Positions 27,627 to 36,709 of a stretch of 64,000 nt of DNA are shown in pieces; the stretch's first letter is position 1; every line of letters begins with the position of its first letter. The notes below the pieces were generated by a model, which did no database searches, was not told where the DNA came from, and saw only the letters and a list, made by a program, of their open reading frames with translations. The translations under genes and the position numbers were made by a program. Source of the DNA: Escherichia phage AV112; the sequence record OR352942.1, one strand, 5' to 3'.

Positions 27627-27840
27627 AAGGAATTTCCTCATCGGTGGCAAGGTCATATTCGACCAATTGGATAGGCTCATTAATACCGTATCCGCGTACA
27701 GTGATATCGGTTGACGGATATTTTCCAGTAATATCACCAATTCTAAATGATTCAATGAATGATTGCTCGCCTGAGCAACTAAACCAGGCGGCAAAACATT
27801 TTAAAACATCTTCAGACCCTTCTATAATCAATTTAGCCAT
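27616..27840 (-). CDS. hypothetical protein
   Basis: 74-aa ORF. Confidence 0.35.
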   Translation of the reverse strand: MAKLIIEGSEDVLKCFAAWFSCSGEQSFIESFRIGDITGKYPSTDITVRGYGINEPIQLVEYDLATDEEIPYVD

Positions 27841-28202
27841 TATAGGCTCTCAGTAAAGGTACGAGCGATAACGTCGCGCTGCTGTTCCGGAGTCAGAGAG
27901 TTAAAGCGAACTGCATAACCGGATACACGGATGGTCAGCTGTGGATATTTTTCCGGATGCTTAACTGCATCTTCCAGAGTTTCACGACGCAGAACGTTAA
28001 CGTTCAGGTGTTGACCACCTTCAATTTTAACTTTAGGTTGATGTTCAATTTCAATTTCACGGGCATTCAAACCGTAGAAAATTTCTGGGTCTACAATAGC
28101 GTCTTCTTTAAAAGTCTTAGAGACAATAATCCGGGCTTGAGCACCGTCTTCAAAATAAATAGTGCCTTTATGTACACCTTCAAGAATTTGATATGCTTTC
28201 AT
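27840..28202 (-). CDS. grcA: autonomous glycyl-radical cofactor (GrcA/YfiD-like; T4 Y06I-like)
   Basis: 120 aa; C-terminal [61 protein letters not shown] matches E. coli GrcA as recalled, including the glycyl-radical RVSGYAV motif. Confidence 0.8.
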   Translation of the reverse strand: MKAYQILEGVHKGTIYFEDGAQARIIVSKTFKEDAIVDPEIFYGLNAREIEIEHQPKVKIEGGQHLNVNVLRRETLEDAVKHPEKYPQLTIRVSGYAVRFNSLTPEQQRDVIARTFTESL

Positions 28203-28208
28203 ATAACC

Positions 28209-28565
28209 TCAATTAGAAAATAAATTTATCCAAGATTTTTCTTTAATCAAAAATGGGTCGGAATTAAACGCCATTAAACTTTGGGTGATTAATCCCTTAA
28301 ATGGTCCATCAATAAATTCCATTTTGAAATGTGGAATACTAGTCATCAACCGTGCATTAGGAGCAGTACAAAGAACCTGCTGACCTGCGAACGGACCTTT
28401 AGTCAAACGATATCGTTTAGGTTTAAAATGGTAAATCTCGTAATTTTCTACAAGAGCCCTTTTATTGCATACTGGGCTGTTATAACAATACTCAAAAACT
28501 TCAATAGTGGTCATCATTGCATTCCAATCACAAAAAATTGAGGACGAGCAATACCGCCGATGCAA
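28209..28565 (-). CDS. hypothetical protein
   Basis: 118-aa ORF, Cys-rich N-terminus. Confidence 0.35.
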   Translation of the reverse strand: MHRRYCSSSIFCDWNAMMTTIEVFEYCYNSPVCNKRALVENYEIYHFKPKRYRLTKGPFAGQQVLCTAPNARLMTSIPHFKMEFIDGPFKGLITQSLMAFNSDPFLIKEKSWINLFSN

Positions 28566-29053
28566 TATTTGCTTTTGCAGCAGTGCTGTATTGCTTTAAT
28601 ATGGACATTGTAAATCTTATCCATATCAGGAGCTTTAATAGGCTCGTCAATTATATACAGAATACGAGAAAGCGTTAATCCACGGAATTTAGAACCTTCA
28701 TTACCAATAAAACTACGGACAGAATCAGTAAATAAACGGAATCGAATATCATCGCTAGAATAACGTGAAAATTCTTTTTTAATGTTGCCAGCAGAAATTT
28801 TAGCATAAGCTGAAGTATTAGAAAGAACAATAACTGTTCCACCATCGAGCAGCCAATTAGCGGCAAAATTAGTTACTGCGGTAGATTTACCAGATTGTCT
28901 GCCACCGTCTAAACGAAGTGTACAGTACTGCTTGAGTACGTCTTCAAATGGTGGGGCACAACCGTTCTTACAAATTTCTTCTACTCTAGCATCAGAATGG
29001 TGTGTAAAAGCATTCATCAGGGATAGATAAGGTCCAGTTAAAAATGTTCTCAT
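28514..29053 (-). CDS. P-loop NTPase
   Basis: Walker A GGRQSGKST and Walker B ILYIIDEP; start placed at MRTFLTGPY. Confidence 0.5.
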   Translation of the reverse strand: MRTFLTGPYLSLMNAFTHHSDARVEEICKNGCAPPFEDVLKQYCTLRLDGGRQSGKSTAVTNFAANWLLDGGTVIVLSNTSAYAKISAGNIKKEFSRYSSDDIRFRLFTDSVRSFIGNEGSKFRGLTLSRILYIIDEPIKAPDMDKIYNVHIKAIQHCCKSKYCIGGIARPQFFVIGMQ

Positions 29054-29294
29054 ATTATTTCTCTTAAGGTTTGGGCCATTCCATGGCACATGTTAGGTCC
29101 TTCGATTCGCTATGTAAACCCATTACCGCACTTGGGCTCGACCTTATTACAGGTTGGCGGGAATCCCTCATAGAATCATGAGGTCCAGGTTGTTCCCATG
29201 TTATTTGAATGTAAATATTTTTGCCGTAATACTTATACCAGTGTGGCTTCGTTAAAATTTTTTCATCGAGTCATTTTACCTCTCCAAGTAATTA

Positions 29295-29328
29295 TGAATA
29301 TACTATCACAATTTTAGGAGAAAGTAAA
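29295..29328 (-). promoter_or_regulatory. early promoter upstream of the structured leader 29090-29294
   Basis: RC reads GTTTAC-N18-TAGTAT. Confidence 0.4.
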
Positions 29329-29331
29329 CTG

Positions 29332-29634
29332 TTATTTACCTTTAATTACTTTAGCTGCTTCGATAGCCGCTTGCTGAAGGTCATCCATCGACATACCGAA
29401 TTTAGAAGCAAAGTTATCAATTTTCTTTTCGACAGCATTCAAAGGCTTGGCCTGTTTACCTTCATTAGCGCCAGGAAGAGCGAGAATACGCTCTTTGTCA
29501 ATATAAAGGCTTACAAGTTTCTTACGGTCTTTATCGGACAAATCATGAAATGAATGGGCCTTTTTATTTATAGCGGCTTCTAATTTACCTGCACTCACTC
29601 GCGCTTCAGTAATAAATTCTTGATATGTTTTCAT
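29332..29634 (-). CDS. ipII: internal protein with capsid-targeting sequence (IPII-like)
   Basis: 100 aa; N-terminus MKTYQEFITEA matches the T4 internal-protein capsid-targeting sequence MKTYQEFIAE; same length as T4 IPII. Confidence 0.7.
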   Translation of the reverse strand: MKTYQEFITEARVSAGKLEAAINKKAHSFHDLSDKDRKKLVSLYIDKERILALPGANEGKQAKPLNAVEKKIDNFASKFGMSMDDLQQAAIEAAKVIKGK

Positions 29635-29675
29635 ATGTTTCCTTTAAATGTAAATAGGCCTAAATATAGGCCTTA

Positions 29676-30254
29676 TTAATTACCACGGGCTGCATTAGCA
29701 ACGGCGTAAGCGTACTGAACATTAGCGTCTTTAAACGTACCTTTAGAGGTATCTAGTTCTGCCTTAAAGCCACCTTTAGCCATAACATCGGCAAATTCTT
29801 TACGGAAGGCCATTGCATCAAGACCTTTCCATGATGATTTGTGCTTGGCGAATTCAAGACCAGCGTAGTTGACAGCCTTAGCTAATTTATTATCAATGAC
29901 CCATTTACCGGCTTTAGGCACAAACACCGGGCCTTTCTGTTTAGAGAATAGTTTTAAATTCCAGCGACGAAGATCACTGTCGGCTTTAACAAAAGCTGCG
30001 TCTAAGTTACTAGCAACAACATCTTGAATATGGCCAAATTTAAGCCCATCAACTTCAATATTTAAATCGGTACGCCAGCGAAGTCCTTCCCAAGCGAAGG
30101 CTTTAAAATCAGAAGCTTTTGTGGCTAGATATCGTTCAAGTGGAGCAGTTTTAGGGTCAAAGCCGTTACCGCCACGATAAGTCCACTCGTCCTTATTAAT
30201 GCCTTGAGCTTTTCCTGCAAAGGCCTCGGCGATAAATTCTTTATATGTTTTCAT
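29676..30254 (-). CDS. ipIII: internal protein with capsid-targeting sequence (IPIII-like)
   Basis: 192 aa; N-terminus MKTYKEFIAEA; length similar to T4 IPIII. Confidence 0.7.
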   Translation of the reverse strand: MKTYKEFIAEAFAGKAQGINKDEWTYRGGNGFDPKTAPLERYLATKASDFKAFAWEGLRWRTDLNIEVDGLKFGHIQDVVASNLDAAFVKADSDLRRWNLKLFSKQKGPVFVPKAGKWVIDNKLAKAVNYAGLEFAKHKSSWKGLDAMAFRKEFADVMAKGGFKAELDTSKGTFKDANVQYAYAVANAARGN

Positions 30255-30277
30255 TTTTGTTTCCTTGTTTGTTTTGA

Positions 30278-30314
30278 TAGAGTAATTATACCATATTAAT
30301 ACTTAAGCGTAAAC
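30278..30314 (-). promoter_or_regulatory. early promoter GTTTAC-N18-TATAAT
   Basis: RC of gatagagtaattataccatattaatacttaagcgtaaac. Confidence 0.5.
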
Positions 30315-30317
30315 TGT

Positions 30318-30578
30318 TTAAGCTTTACCGCCGGAAATAATTCCGAAGTTGTTAAAATCGTATCCAATATCGTCAACATCTACTTTAGGACTTGTAGCAA
30401 CATAAGCAATTTCACTACGTTTTGCATAGGTGTTGATTTCTTTACCATCGCCACCTAAGAAAAAATACCCATTACGTTTTAATGAGCCAAAGTCTTCCGC
30501 ATCACCAATGAAAGCTTTAACTTTAAATTTAGGACCTTTGGCATCTGCTTCAGCGATAAATTCTTGATACATTTTCAT
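30318..30578 (-). CDS. internal-protein-like small protein with capsid-targeting sequence
   Basis: 86 aa; N-terminus MKMYQEFIAEA. Confidence 0.6.
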   Translation of the reverse strand: MKMYQEFIAEADAKGPKFKVKAFIGDAEDFGSLKRNGYFFLGGDGKEINTYAKRSEIAYVATSPKVDVDDIGYDFNNFGIISGGKA

Positions 30579-30584
30579 TTTTCC

Positions 30585-30998
30585 TTAGTAAATTGATTTA
30601 CCATAGTATTTGTACCAAGTAGGACGTTGAGCAATTTTTTCATCTAAGCGTGCTTGACTTATCGCAATGGACGCTTCGGACGGGACATAATTATTACGAA
30701 ATTCGGCAGGGATGTCGGAAATATCCTGGACAGTCGTGTCCTTGATTTTGAAACCACGTTTCAAGCATTCAGCGATTAGCTCGATTTGTCGTAAACGTAA
30801 AAATTCGAGTTTGTCGTAAAAGAATGTTACGTGGCCGGTGCCTAAGATAAATGTTGGAGAGATTTTAAAATCCTTTACACGTTTACCATTTTGAACATGT
30901 TTACGGACTGCACCGAATACACGAGGTAATTCACGATACTCAGCCATAAGATGTTGGTCGGTCAGTTCAGAAACAAGTGTTAAATTGATACGGGTCAT
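30585..30998 (-). CDS. denV: DenV endonuclease V (pyrimidine-dimer DNA glycosylase)
   Basis: From the internal Met: [92 protein letters not shown], near-identical to T4 DenV as recalled. Confidence 0.92.
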   Translation of the reverse strand: MTRINLTLVSELTDQHLMAEYRELPRVFGAVRKHVQNGKRVKDFKISPTFILGTGHVTFFYDKLEFLRLRQIELIAECLKRGFKIKDTTVQDISDIPAEFRNNYVPSEASIAISQARLDEKIAQRPTWYKYYGKSIY

Positions 30999-31003
30999 AA
31001 TTT

Positions 31004-31055
31004 CCTCCAAGTAGTTGATGAATGTATAGTATCAAAACCCTTGGAGGAAGTAAAC
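31004..31055 (-). promoter_or_regulatory. early promoter enclosed by 8-bp inverted repeat CCTCCAAG/CTTGGAGG
   Basis: Plus strand cctccaag...tgtatagtatca...cttggagg-aagtaaac; minus -35 GTTTAC, -10 in the loop. Confidence 0.45.
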
Positions 31056-31056
31056 A

Positions 31057-31338
31057 CTATTTTTCTGAAGCGCCTGAAATATATTTTTCAAGACGTTGTT
31101 TCATCAGCGAGCCGTTCTTAGCGATTTCTTCCGGTTTATCGCACATACGCAACAAGGCTTCAAGCTTAACGATATCACTGGTGCGTTCAAATTTGCGAGT
31201 ATCTATCTTACTAGCAAGTTCAGAAATACGTGCTAATAGACTTTCGGCTTCAACCAAAGCTGCACCTAGCTTAGTTGCAAATGTGTCAGTAGCTTCGTTA
31301 AGAATAGATTCTGATAAAAATTCACTATATGTTTTCAT
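31057..31338 (-). CDS. internal-protein-like protein with divergent capsid-targeting sequence
   Basis: From the internal Met: [16 protein letters not shown]..., a diverged match to MKTYQEFIAE. Confidence 0.5.
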   Translation of the reverse strand: MKTYSEFLSESILNEATDTFATKLGAALVEAESLLARISELASKIDTRKFERTSDIVKLEALLRMCDKPEEIAKNGSLMKQRLEKYISGASEK

Positions 31339-31823
31339 ATATACGCTTTCCAAGTTCCTGTTTTAAATGTTGAGATTACGCGTTTCGCGCGATTAGGTGT
31401 CTGACGATACCATTTAGATTGGGCTAGATTTACTGCCGCTTCGTCCCAACGTTTCTGTTGAAGCATACGAAGAGAATTAGTAAAACCGGCGACGCCTGCT
31501 ACACCCATTTGGAAGACCATATTGACCAGTGCACATCGACGAACCGCATCTAAAGAATCGTATACCGGTTTAAGTTTAGCATTACCCAAGATTCCGCGAA
31601 CGGCTTTATCAACGTCTTCATTAAATAACTTTTCAGCCTCATCAAGGGTAATTGTACCGTTGCATTTACGTCCGATCATTCTGTCAAGTTCAGCTTTAGC
31701 TACGGTTAAAGACGGGTTCTTTGTTACTAAATGACCTATGCCAATCGTCCAAAAGCCTTCAGTGTCTTTGTATAAAGTCAGTCTAAGACCTTCGTCATTA
31801 CGAAGCATTTCAAATATATTCAT
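31335..31823 (-). CDS. e: lysozyme e (endolysin, T4 lysozyme family)
   Basis: From the internal Met: [88 protein letters not shown], near-identical to T4 lysozyme as recalled. Confidence 0.93.
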   Translation of the reverse strand: MNIFEMLRNDEGLRLTLYKDTEGFWTIGIGHLVTKNPSLTVAKAELDRMIGRKCNGTITLDEAEKLFNEDVDKAVRGILGNAKLKPVYDSLDAVRRCALVNMVFQMGVAGVAGFTNSLRMLQQKRWDEAAVNLAQSKWYRQTPNRAKRVISTFKTGTWKAYI

Positions 31824-31850
31824 AATACCTCCCACGTTTATAGGAGGTAT
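31824..31850 (-). promoter_or_regulatory. hairpin sequestering the lysozyme e ribosome-binding site
   Basis: Plus strand cctcc(31828-31832)-cacgtttata-ggagg(31843-31847); on the mRNA the GGGAGG site pairs with upstream CCUCC, and the loop carries a TATAAA late-promoter-like element, as in the classical T4 e arrangement. Confidence 0.6.
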
Positions 31851-31857
31851 TTATTAC

Positions 31858-32331
31858 TTATAGGAGGGTAGTGAGCACCTTATATAATGATTTGCCCATT
31901 ACATATTCCCATTGAGAAGGTTTAATTAAAGCGAATGCATCAAATTCAGGAATCTGACGTCCGTCTTGGAATGTATGATAGGAATTACAAACACTGTTTC
32001 TGAATTGCTCGTGCTCTACAGGGATGGTATATAGGAACAGATGAATATTCTTATTGTCTGAGTAATGATGTTCACCTAGGTCTTTCAGGAAGGCAGGGTC
32101 ATATTGTGTAAACCCAGTTTCTTCTTCGCATTCACGAACAGCGGCTTCGATAGGAGATTCACCTGGCTCGACACGGCCTTTAGGAATATCCCACCGATGA
32201 GCTAAAGAACCTTTAGGACGAGAACCAGTTACACGCCCCATGAATAATTCTTTATCTTCGGTAAGGAAAATAATACCGGCTGATAGTTCTTTCACTTTAT
32301 TTTTCTTACTCATCATCTCAAATTCCTGCAT
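31858..32331 (-). CDS. nudE: Nudix hydrolase NudE
   Basis: 157 aa; Nudix box GRVEPGESPIEAAVRECEEETGF. Confidence 0.85.
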   Translation of the reverse strand: MQEFEMMSKKNKVKELSAGIIFLTEDKELFMGRVTGSRPKGSLAHRWDIPKGRVEPGESPIEAAVRECEEETGFTQYDPAFLKDLGEHHYSDNKNIHLFLYTIPVEHEQFRNSVCNSYHTFQDGRQIPEFDAFALIKPSQWEYVMGKSLYKVLTTLL

Positions 32332-32804
32332 TCGGTAATAAAACGTTCAACTTCATTATTCTTGGCCTTTATCTTGTCTTTACGTTCCTGTAAACTACTT
32401 TTAACAAGATTAATAATGATGGCGGCGGTACCGCCGCCAATGATGCCACCAACAACACTTATGATACTAGATGCTAATAAGATAGCAATAATATCAACAA
32501 AACCGAAAGAACTCACCTTAGTACTGAAAAACCATATAGACGGCACAAATATAATCCATCCTGTTATCCATTGGCACTTATTGAAAAACTTTTCAAGCTC
32601 AGCTTGAGTTGTTCGTATTACTTCATCGATAGGTTTATATCCATTAATGTATCTGTTCACGATAATACCTGCTGGCTGGTCGATTTTAAATTCTTGGCAA
32701 ATATGTTTAACTAAGTAGGATGGACATCCTGTCCAATCTACTGAATAGTATGAAATACCTTCATTGCCATCGTCTATATTAGACCAATATGTTTTGTTAA
32801 TCAT
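32313..32804 (-). CDS. membrane protein with C-terminal xFIxECR tail
   Basis: 163 aa; hydrophobic segments; ends ...NNEVERFITECRNLR. Confidence 0.5.
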   Translation of the reverse strand: MINKTYWSNIDDGNEGISYYSVDWTGCPSYLVKHICQEFKIDQPAGIIVNRYINGYKPIDEVIRTTQAELEKFFNKCQWITGWIIFVPSIWFFSTKVSSFGFVDIIAILLASSIISVVGGIIGGGTAAIIINLVKSSLQERKDKIKAKNNEVERFITECRNLR

Positions 32805-33475
32805 TACCAGCCTTCCATAGGGAATTCCAGATAAACTTGAGCATTGACACGAATTTCATTGGTAATCTTTTTAACTCGGTCTGTATTACGAGATACACGT
32901 CCGAACCAACGCCATCCATTACTAATTGCACGAGAACCAGTGTGCCATGTTTGCCAATCAAACTGAAGAAGAGTACGATCTGGAGCTTCCCATTTCTCTA
33001 GTTCACCTTTTTCGATTTTTTCGAGGACTTCTTTGTGCCACTGGCGATAGATAAGTTCGCCATCAGGAATCTGACTGAACTCTGCAGTTCCTGTTGCAAA
33101 ATGAGTAGGACACACATCAGCGTTAACAAGACCAAGAATATGTTCAGAATGGTAACGAGGGTTGTCATAGTCAGGTTGTCCTGCAGTAATAAAGTGTTGA
33201 CCAACTGGAATATCAGGGCGTGGTACGTCATCATGGTGATAGCCTGGGATTGCAGGATACCAACCAGGCATCAGCATGTGGACTCGTGAATCAAATACAA
33301 CCTGGTCGGTGTTCCAATCATCAGGAAGATTTTGGATAAAGCTACGAGTAATTGGGCCACCATTATCAAAAGCAAAATTCAAATCGCAGTTAAAGAACAT
33401 AGGCTCGTTTTTAATCTGGTTGTTTTTAATCTCATGAGCAAAACCACCTACTGCACGAGCTTGGCTATTAAACAT
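32804..33475 (-). CDS. hypothetical protein (His/Asp-rich)
   Basis: 223 aa; motifs GYHHDD and YHSEH suggest metal binding; no secure family assignment. Confidence 0.4.
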   Translation of the reverse strand: MFNSQARAVGGFAHEIKNNQIKNEPMFFNCDLNFAFDNGGPITRSFIQNLPDDWNTDQVVFDSRVHMLMPGWYPAIPGYHHDDVPRPDIPVGQHFITAGQPDYDNPRYHSEHILGLVNADVCPTHFATGTAEFSQIPDGELIYRQWHKEVLEKIEKGELEKWEAPDRTLLQFDWQTWHTGSRAISNGWRWFGRVSRNTDRVKKITNEIRVNAQVYLEFPMEGW

Positions 33476-33491
33476 ATTATTTTCCTCGATA

Positions 33492-33797
33492 TTATTTTCC
33501 TCGGCATTCTTTAATGAAATTTTCTAGATTGGTAGATTCAATAGCTTTTTTACGAGCTTCTGCGTGTTCTTCTTCAGACAATTTACATTTATAATTGACC
33601 CAGGCATTATGGTCGAAACTAGTCGTGGCATATAATAACAATGCTCCGACGAATAATAAAAACGGTGATAAGAATACAAAACCAGGAACACCATCCATAT
33701 CGTAAGCCTTTTGTAATACTGCAACAGAAAGGGCCGCGTAAAAAGGTGATGCAAATATTGTTAAAAGACCAATTCGGTTGGTTTCTGTTAATTTCAT
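33492..33797 (-). CDS. membrane protein with C-terminal xFIKECR tail
   Basis: 101 aa; two hydrophobic helices; ends ...NLENFIKECRGK. Confidence 0.5.
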   Translation of the reverse strand: MKLTETNRIGLLTIFASPFYAALSVAVLQKAYDMDGVPGFVFLSPFLLFVGALLLYATTSFDHNAWVNYKCKLSEEEHAEARKKAIESTNLENFIKECRGK

Positions 33798-33826
33798 ATT
33801 ATTCTCCTCATGTTTTAATAGGACTA

Positions 33827-33854
33827 CTATAACATAGTCCTATCATGTTGTAAA
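33827..33854 (-). promoter_or_regulatory. early promoter/stem-loop cassette (palindrome ataggactactataacatagtcctat)
   Basis: Minus strand TTTACA-17 nt-TATAGT with the -10 inside a 9-bp inverted repeat; near-identical copies at 35112-35150 and 41876-41915. Confidence 0.55.
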
Positions 33855-33867
33855 CAGTTTTGTGAAG

Positions 33868-34824
33868 TTATTTGAAAGGTTTCACCATATGAAAATTTTC
33901 TTTAAACCGTTTGATGTAATCATTTTTGCCGAGCTTATGATACATAGCCACTACTTCATAATAGTTCTCGTATGCGTACTCACGGAACCAACCAGAGGTG
34001 ATGCTTGTACAGACCTTTTCCAATGCCATCATGAAACTGGCTTCAGGGTTAATTTTAAAGTCATTAGGAATCTGAGAACGTTCTAATGCTAGTACACATG
34101 ATTCTTCGTATACACCGGCCAATTTGACCATTTCTGGTAATGATTCGAACTTCTCTCGTGAGGTCATGACTTCAGAACCGTCTTTCATATAAAATGTATA
34201 CGCTGGACGGTCTGTTAGCGCAATGGCTTCATGAATAGTATCATGGTCATATGTATAGATGTCATCTTTAAAGAACGCACTTTTAGAAGTGTCAAGAACT
34301 GGGTGAGCATAGTTCAAGGTTTCTTTCTGGCGTTTCAGCATAATTTCAGTAAGTTCATCGTTCAGTGTAACACCTTTACCGCGAAGATACTGAATATGGT
34401 TCATAGTCTTTAAAAAGAATGGATTATTTTTCTTGAAACGATGAGACATCTTAATTGCAAGACACATCTCAGGAGTTGCCCAGTAAAACCCGTTCAAACG
34501 GTCTTTAGTCAAATTTTTCTTGGCGTATTTTAAAAGGTCATAAGAAGACGTGAAATCTTCAGGAGTGAGTTCACCGACTAATTCACGGACATTAGTGATT
34601 GCCGGAACAATATATGCTTCAAAATGAGTTTCGCGTCCGTTATGGAAACATTTGAAAACTTGGACACCAGGGTTATCTTGATGAACGTATACACCCATCA
34701 TTTGATTTTTGAATGCATTCCAAGAACCTTGGTCTGCAATAAAGTCCCAGTCACTATTTTTGATAGCGTTAGAATCAATAAGACCGTGATAGTGAAGTGC
34801 ACGAGAACCAATAACTAACATCAT
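33868..34824 (-). CDS. hypothetical protein (318 aa)
   Basis: N-terminal VIGSRALHYHG...SDWDF vaguely nucleotidyltransferase-like but spacing atypical; no secure assignment. Confidence 0.4.
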   Translation of the reverse strand: MMLVIGSRALHYHGLIDSNAIKNSDWDFIADQGSWNAFKNQMMGVYVHQDNPGVQVFKCFHNGRETHFEAYIVPAITNVRELVGELTPEDFTSSYDLLKYAKKNLTKDRLNGFYWATPEMCLAIKMSHRFKKNNPFFLKTMNHIQYLRGKGVTLNDELTEIMLKRQKETLNYAHPVLDTSKSAFFKDDIYTYDHDTIHEAIALTDRPAYTFYMKDGSEVMTSREKFESLPEMVKLAGVYEESCVLALERSQIPNDFKINPEASFMMALEKVCTSITSGWFREYAYENYYEVVAMYHKLGKNDYIKRFKENFHMVKPFK

Positions 34825-34852
34825 AATATTTTCCTCGGATTAATTCATTAAC

Positions 34853-35104
34853 TTAAATTTCACGACATGCGATATCATATTCATCCCATAGGTCATCGTG
34901 TGAAGCCTCTACTAATGGAACGATTGTACCATTTATGTCTTCATTATAAGGGCAAATTGTACAGTGTGCATCTTCGAATCGGATGCCTTTGTGTTCAGAT
35001 TTTTTATAACGCATATCGAATATCTTTGCAAACTTTTCACGAGTAATGGTTTTAGCAACCACTTTGGTTCCAACACTTTCGTAATAAATCATTGTGGACT
35101 CCAT
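34853..35104 (-). CDS. hypothetical Cys/His-containing protein
   Basis: 83-aa ORF. Confidence 0.4.
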   Translation of the reverse strand: MESTMIYYESVGTKVVAKTITREKFAKIFDMRYKKSEHKGIRFEDAHCTICPYNEDINGTIVPLVEASHDDLWDEYDIACREI

Positions 35105-35111
35105 TTAATTT

Positions 35112-35150
35112 GATAGGACTACTATAACATAGCCCTATCTTGTTGTAAAC
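35112..35150 (-). promoter_or_regulatory. early promoter/stem-loop cassette (copy)
   Basis: gataggactactataacatagccctatcttgttgtaaac; RC TTTACA-17 nt-TATAGT. Confidence 0.55.
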
Positions 35151-35154
35151 TGTT

Positions 35155-35352
35155 TTAGCAAGAATAACTAGATGATACCCAGCCTTGAACAGTAATACTA
35201 TTATTTGATACCGAGATTGCATTCTGGAGATTCAAACCTGCATTATCTTCAATCCACAATGTAACTTCTTCGCGTTCTTCTGTTGCAATTTGGAACAGGT
35301 TTTCTAGGGCAGCTACTGCCGTACGTACAGCACAATCCAATTCACGAGACAT
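35155..35352 (-). CDS. small protein, C-terminal W-V-S-S-S-Y-S-C tail family, member 1
   Basis: 65 aa ending ...ITVQGWVSSSYSC. Confidence 0.45.
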   Translation of the reverse strand: MSRELDCAVRTAVAALENLFQIATEEREEVTLWIEDNAGLNLQNAISVSNNSITVQGWVSSSYSC

Positions 35353-35361
35353 GTAGTTTCC

Positions 35362-35634
35362 TTAGCAAGTGTGAGAAGATGCAATCCAACCACCAGTTTC
35401 AAGGCTCAGGTTGTAGTCGTATTGGTAAACGTCAGCCCATTCAGCATAGCCGTTTTTTGTACAACGTTCAAGATCGGCTTTAAGTTGTCCGGGTGAATGA
35501 TATGTTCCACCCATACCATAAGCTGGATACAAGTCGAATGTTGTGTTTTGTTTATCAGCAATTTCTTTGGCAGCCTCAATAGCTGCATAGATTTTTGCTA
35601 CGGCTTCAGCCAGTTCGGTTTGTTCTTTAGACAT
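35362..35634 (-). CDS. small protein, C-terminal W-I-A-S-S-H-T-C tail family, member 2
   Basis: 90 aa ending ...LETGGWIASSHTC. Confidence 0.45.
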   Translation of the reverse strand: MSKEQTELAEAVAKIYAAIEAAKEIADKQNTTFDLYPAYGMGGTYHSPGQLKADLERCTKNGYAEWADVYQYDYNLSLETGGWIASSHTC

Positions 35635-35643
35635 AATGATTCC

Positions 35644-35949
35644 TTAGCACAACGCAGAAGACGAAACCCAAGCACCTTCAGTAATAACGTAACCATTACC
35701 TTCACGCTTAACATCGCCACCATTATTTTCAATTTCATCTTTCATCCACTGGGATACGATTTCACCCTTAGGATAATAAGTACGACCGCTACCATAATCA
35801 CCTACAGAAAATGATACGGCGTATTGGTCTGCGATCTTTGTTGCTTCTTCTTCGATACGTTCAGCTTGATTCAGAAGTTTATAAATTGCATCTGAAGCGG
35901 ATTTGGCATCATTAAACTCTGGTACTTTAATTTCAATAATCTTACTCAT
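35644..35949 (-). CDS. small protein, C-terminal W-V-S-S-S-A-L-C tail family, member 3
   Basis: 101 aa ending ...ITEGAWVSSSALC. Confidence 0.45.
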   Translation of the reverse strand: MSKIIEIKVPEFNDAKSASDAIYKLLNQAERIEEEATKIADQYAVSFSVGDYGSGRTYYPKGEIVSQWMKDEIENNGGDVKREGNGYVITEGAWVSSSALC

Positions 35950-36305
35950 TTTCTACATTCCTTAATAAAGTTTTCGATTGTTTCATTTTCACGTCTAGCT
36001 AGGAGTTCATTATAACTAATCATTTGAGAAGCGTAAACCTTTTTATTTTTCTTGTTATGGTTTATAAAATCGTAGTAAAAATAGACTACAGTACAAAATG
36101 ATGCGATGGATGCAAAGGCTTGGGTATACCGTAAGTCCTGCCATTGGTCTGTGAATCCACCAGTGTTCCCTATAAATCCTAACACAACGCCGTCAATAAG
36201 AAATCCAACTAATCCAAAGGCAAATCCCATGCCAATACTCATAATAAAAATTAGAATGTTCTCACCAAGAGAAGGCCATACGGTTAAGAGTTGAGGCTTT
36301 TGCAT
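35946..36305 (-). CDS. membrane protein with C-terminal xFIKECR tail
   Basis: 119 aa; hydrophobic core; ends ...ENETIENFIKECRK. Confidence 0.5.
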   Translation of the reverse strand: MQKPQLLTVWPSLGENILIFIMSIGMGFAFGLVGFLIDGVVLGFIGNTGGFTDQWQDLRYTQAFASIASFCTVVYFYYDFINHNKKNKKVYASQMISYNELLARRENETIENFIKECRK

Positions 36306-36709
36306 CTTATTTCCTTAACGAATTCCATAGCTTCTTCATATTCGTACTTTTTAACAGCTTCATCATACTGAGCTTGGGCTTTTGCGCACTGAACTTTCCA
36401 TTCTCTTAATCGGGCTCTATAATGACGTCCTTGGTGCCAATATCCTACCCAATTAATAGGCATTAATAAAAACGGTACAATAAGTGGTGCGACGAACATT
36501 AATGAAAATGCTGCATCAGACGATATAACTTCACTAGAATCTAAAACAGCTCCTATAATCGTAAAGATTAAAAATGCTAAAGCTAAAATAGGGCCAAATA
36601 GTACTTCGTTTGGGATTAATTTACGCTTGTATTCATACGCCCAGGGCTTAATTGGCATGTATAGGGTTGGCTTTGACATATTCTCTACATTCCATAATAA
36701 ATTGCTCAA
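36284..36709 (-). CDS. membrane protein with related C-terminal tail (EFVKEIRCK)
   Basis: 141 aa; hydrophobic segments; ends ...EEAMEFVKEIRCKSLNS; start probably an internal Met. Confidence 0.45.
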   Translation of the reverse strand: MSNLLWNVENMSKPTLYMPIKPWAYEYKRKLIPNEVLFGPILALAFLIFTIIGAVLDSSEVISSDAAFSLMFVAPLIVPFLLMPINWVGYWHQGRHYRARLREWKVQCAKAQAQYDEAVKKYEYEEAMEFVKEIRCKSLNS

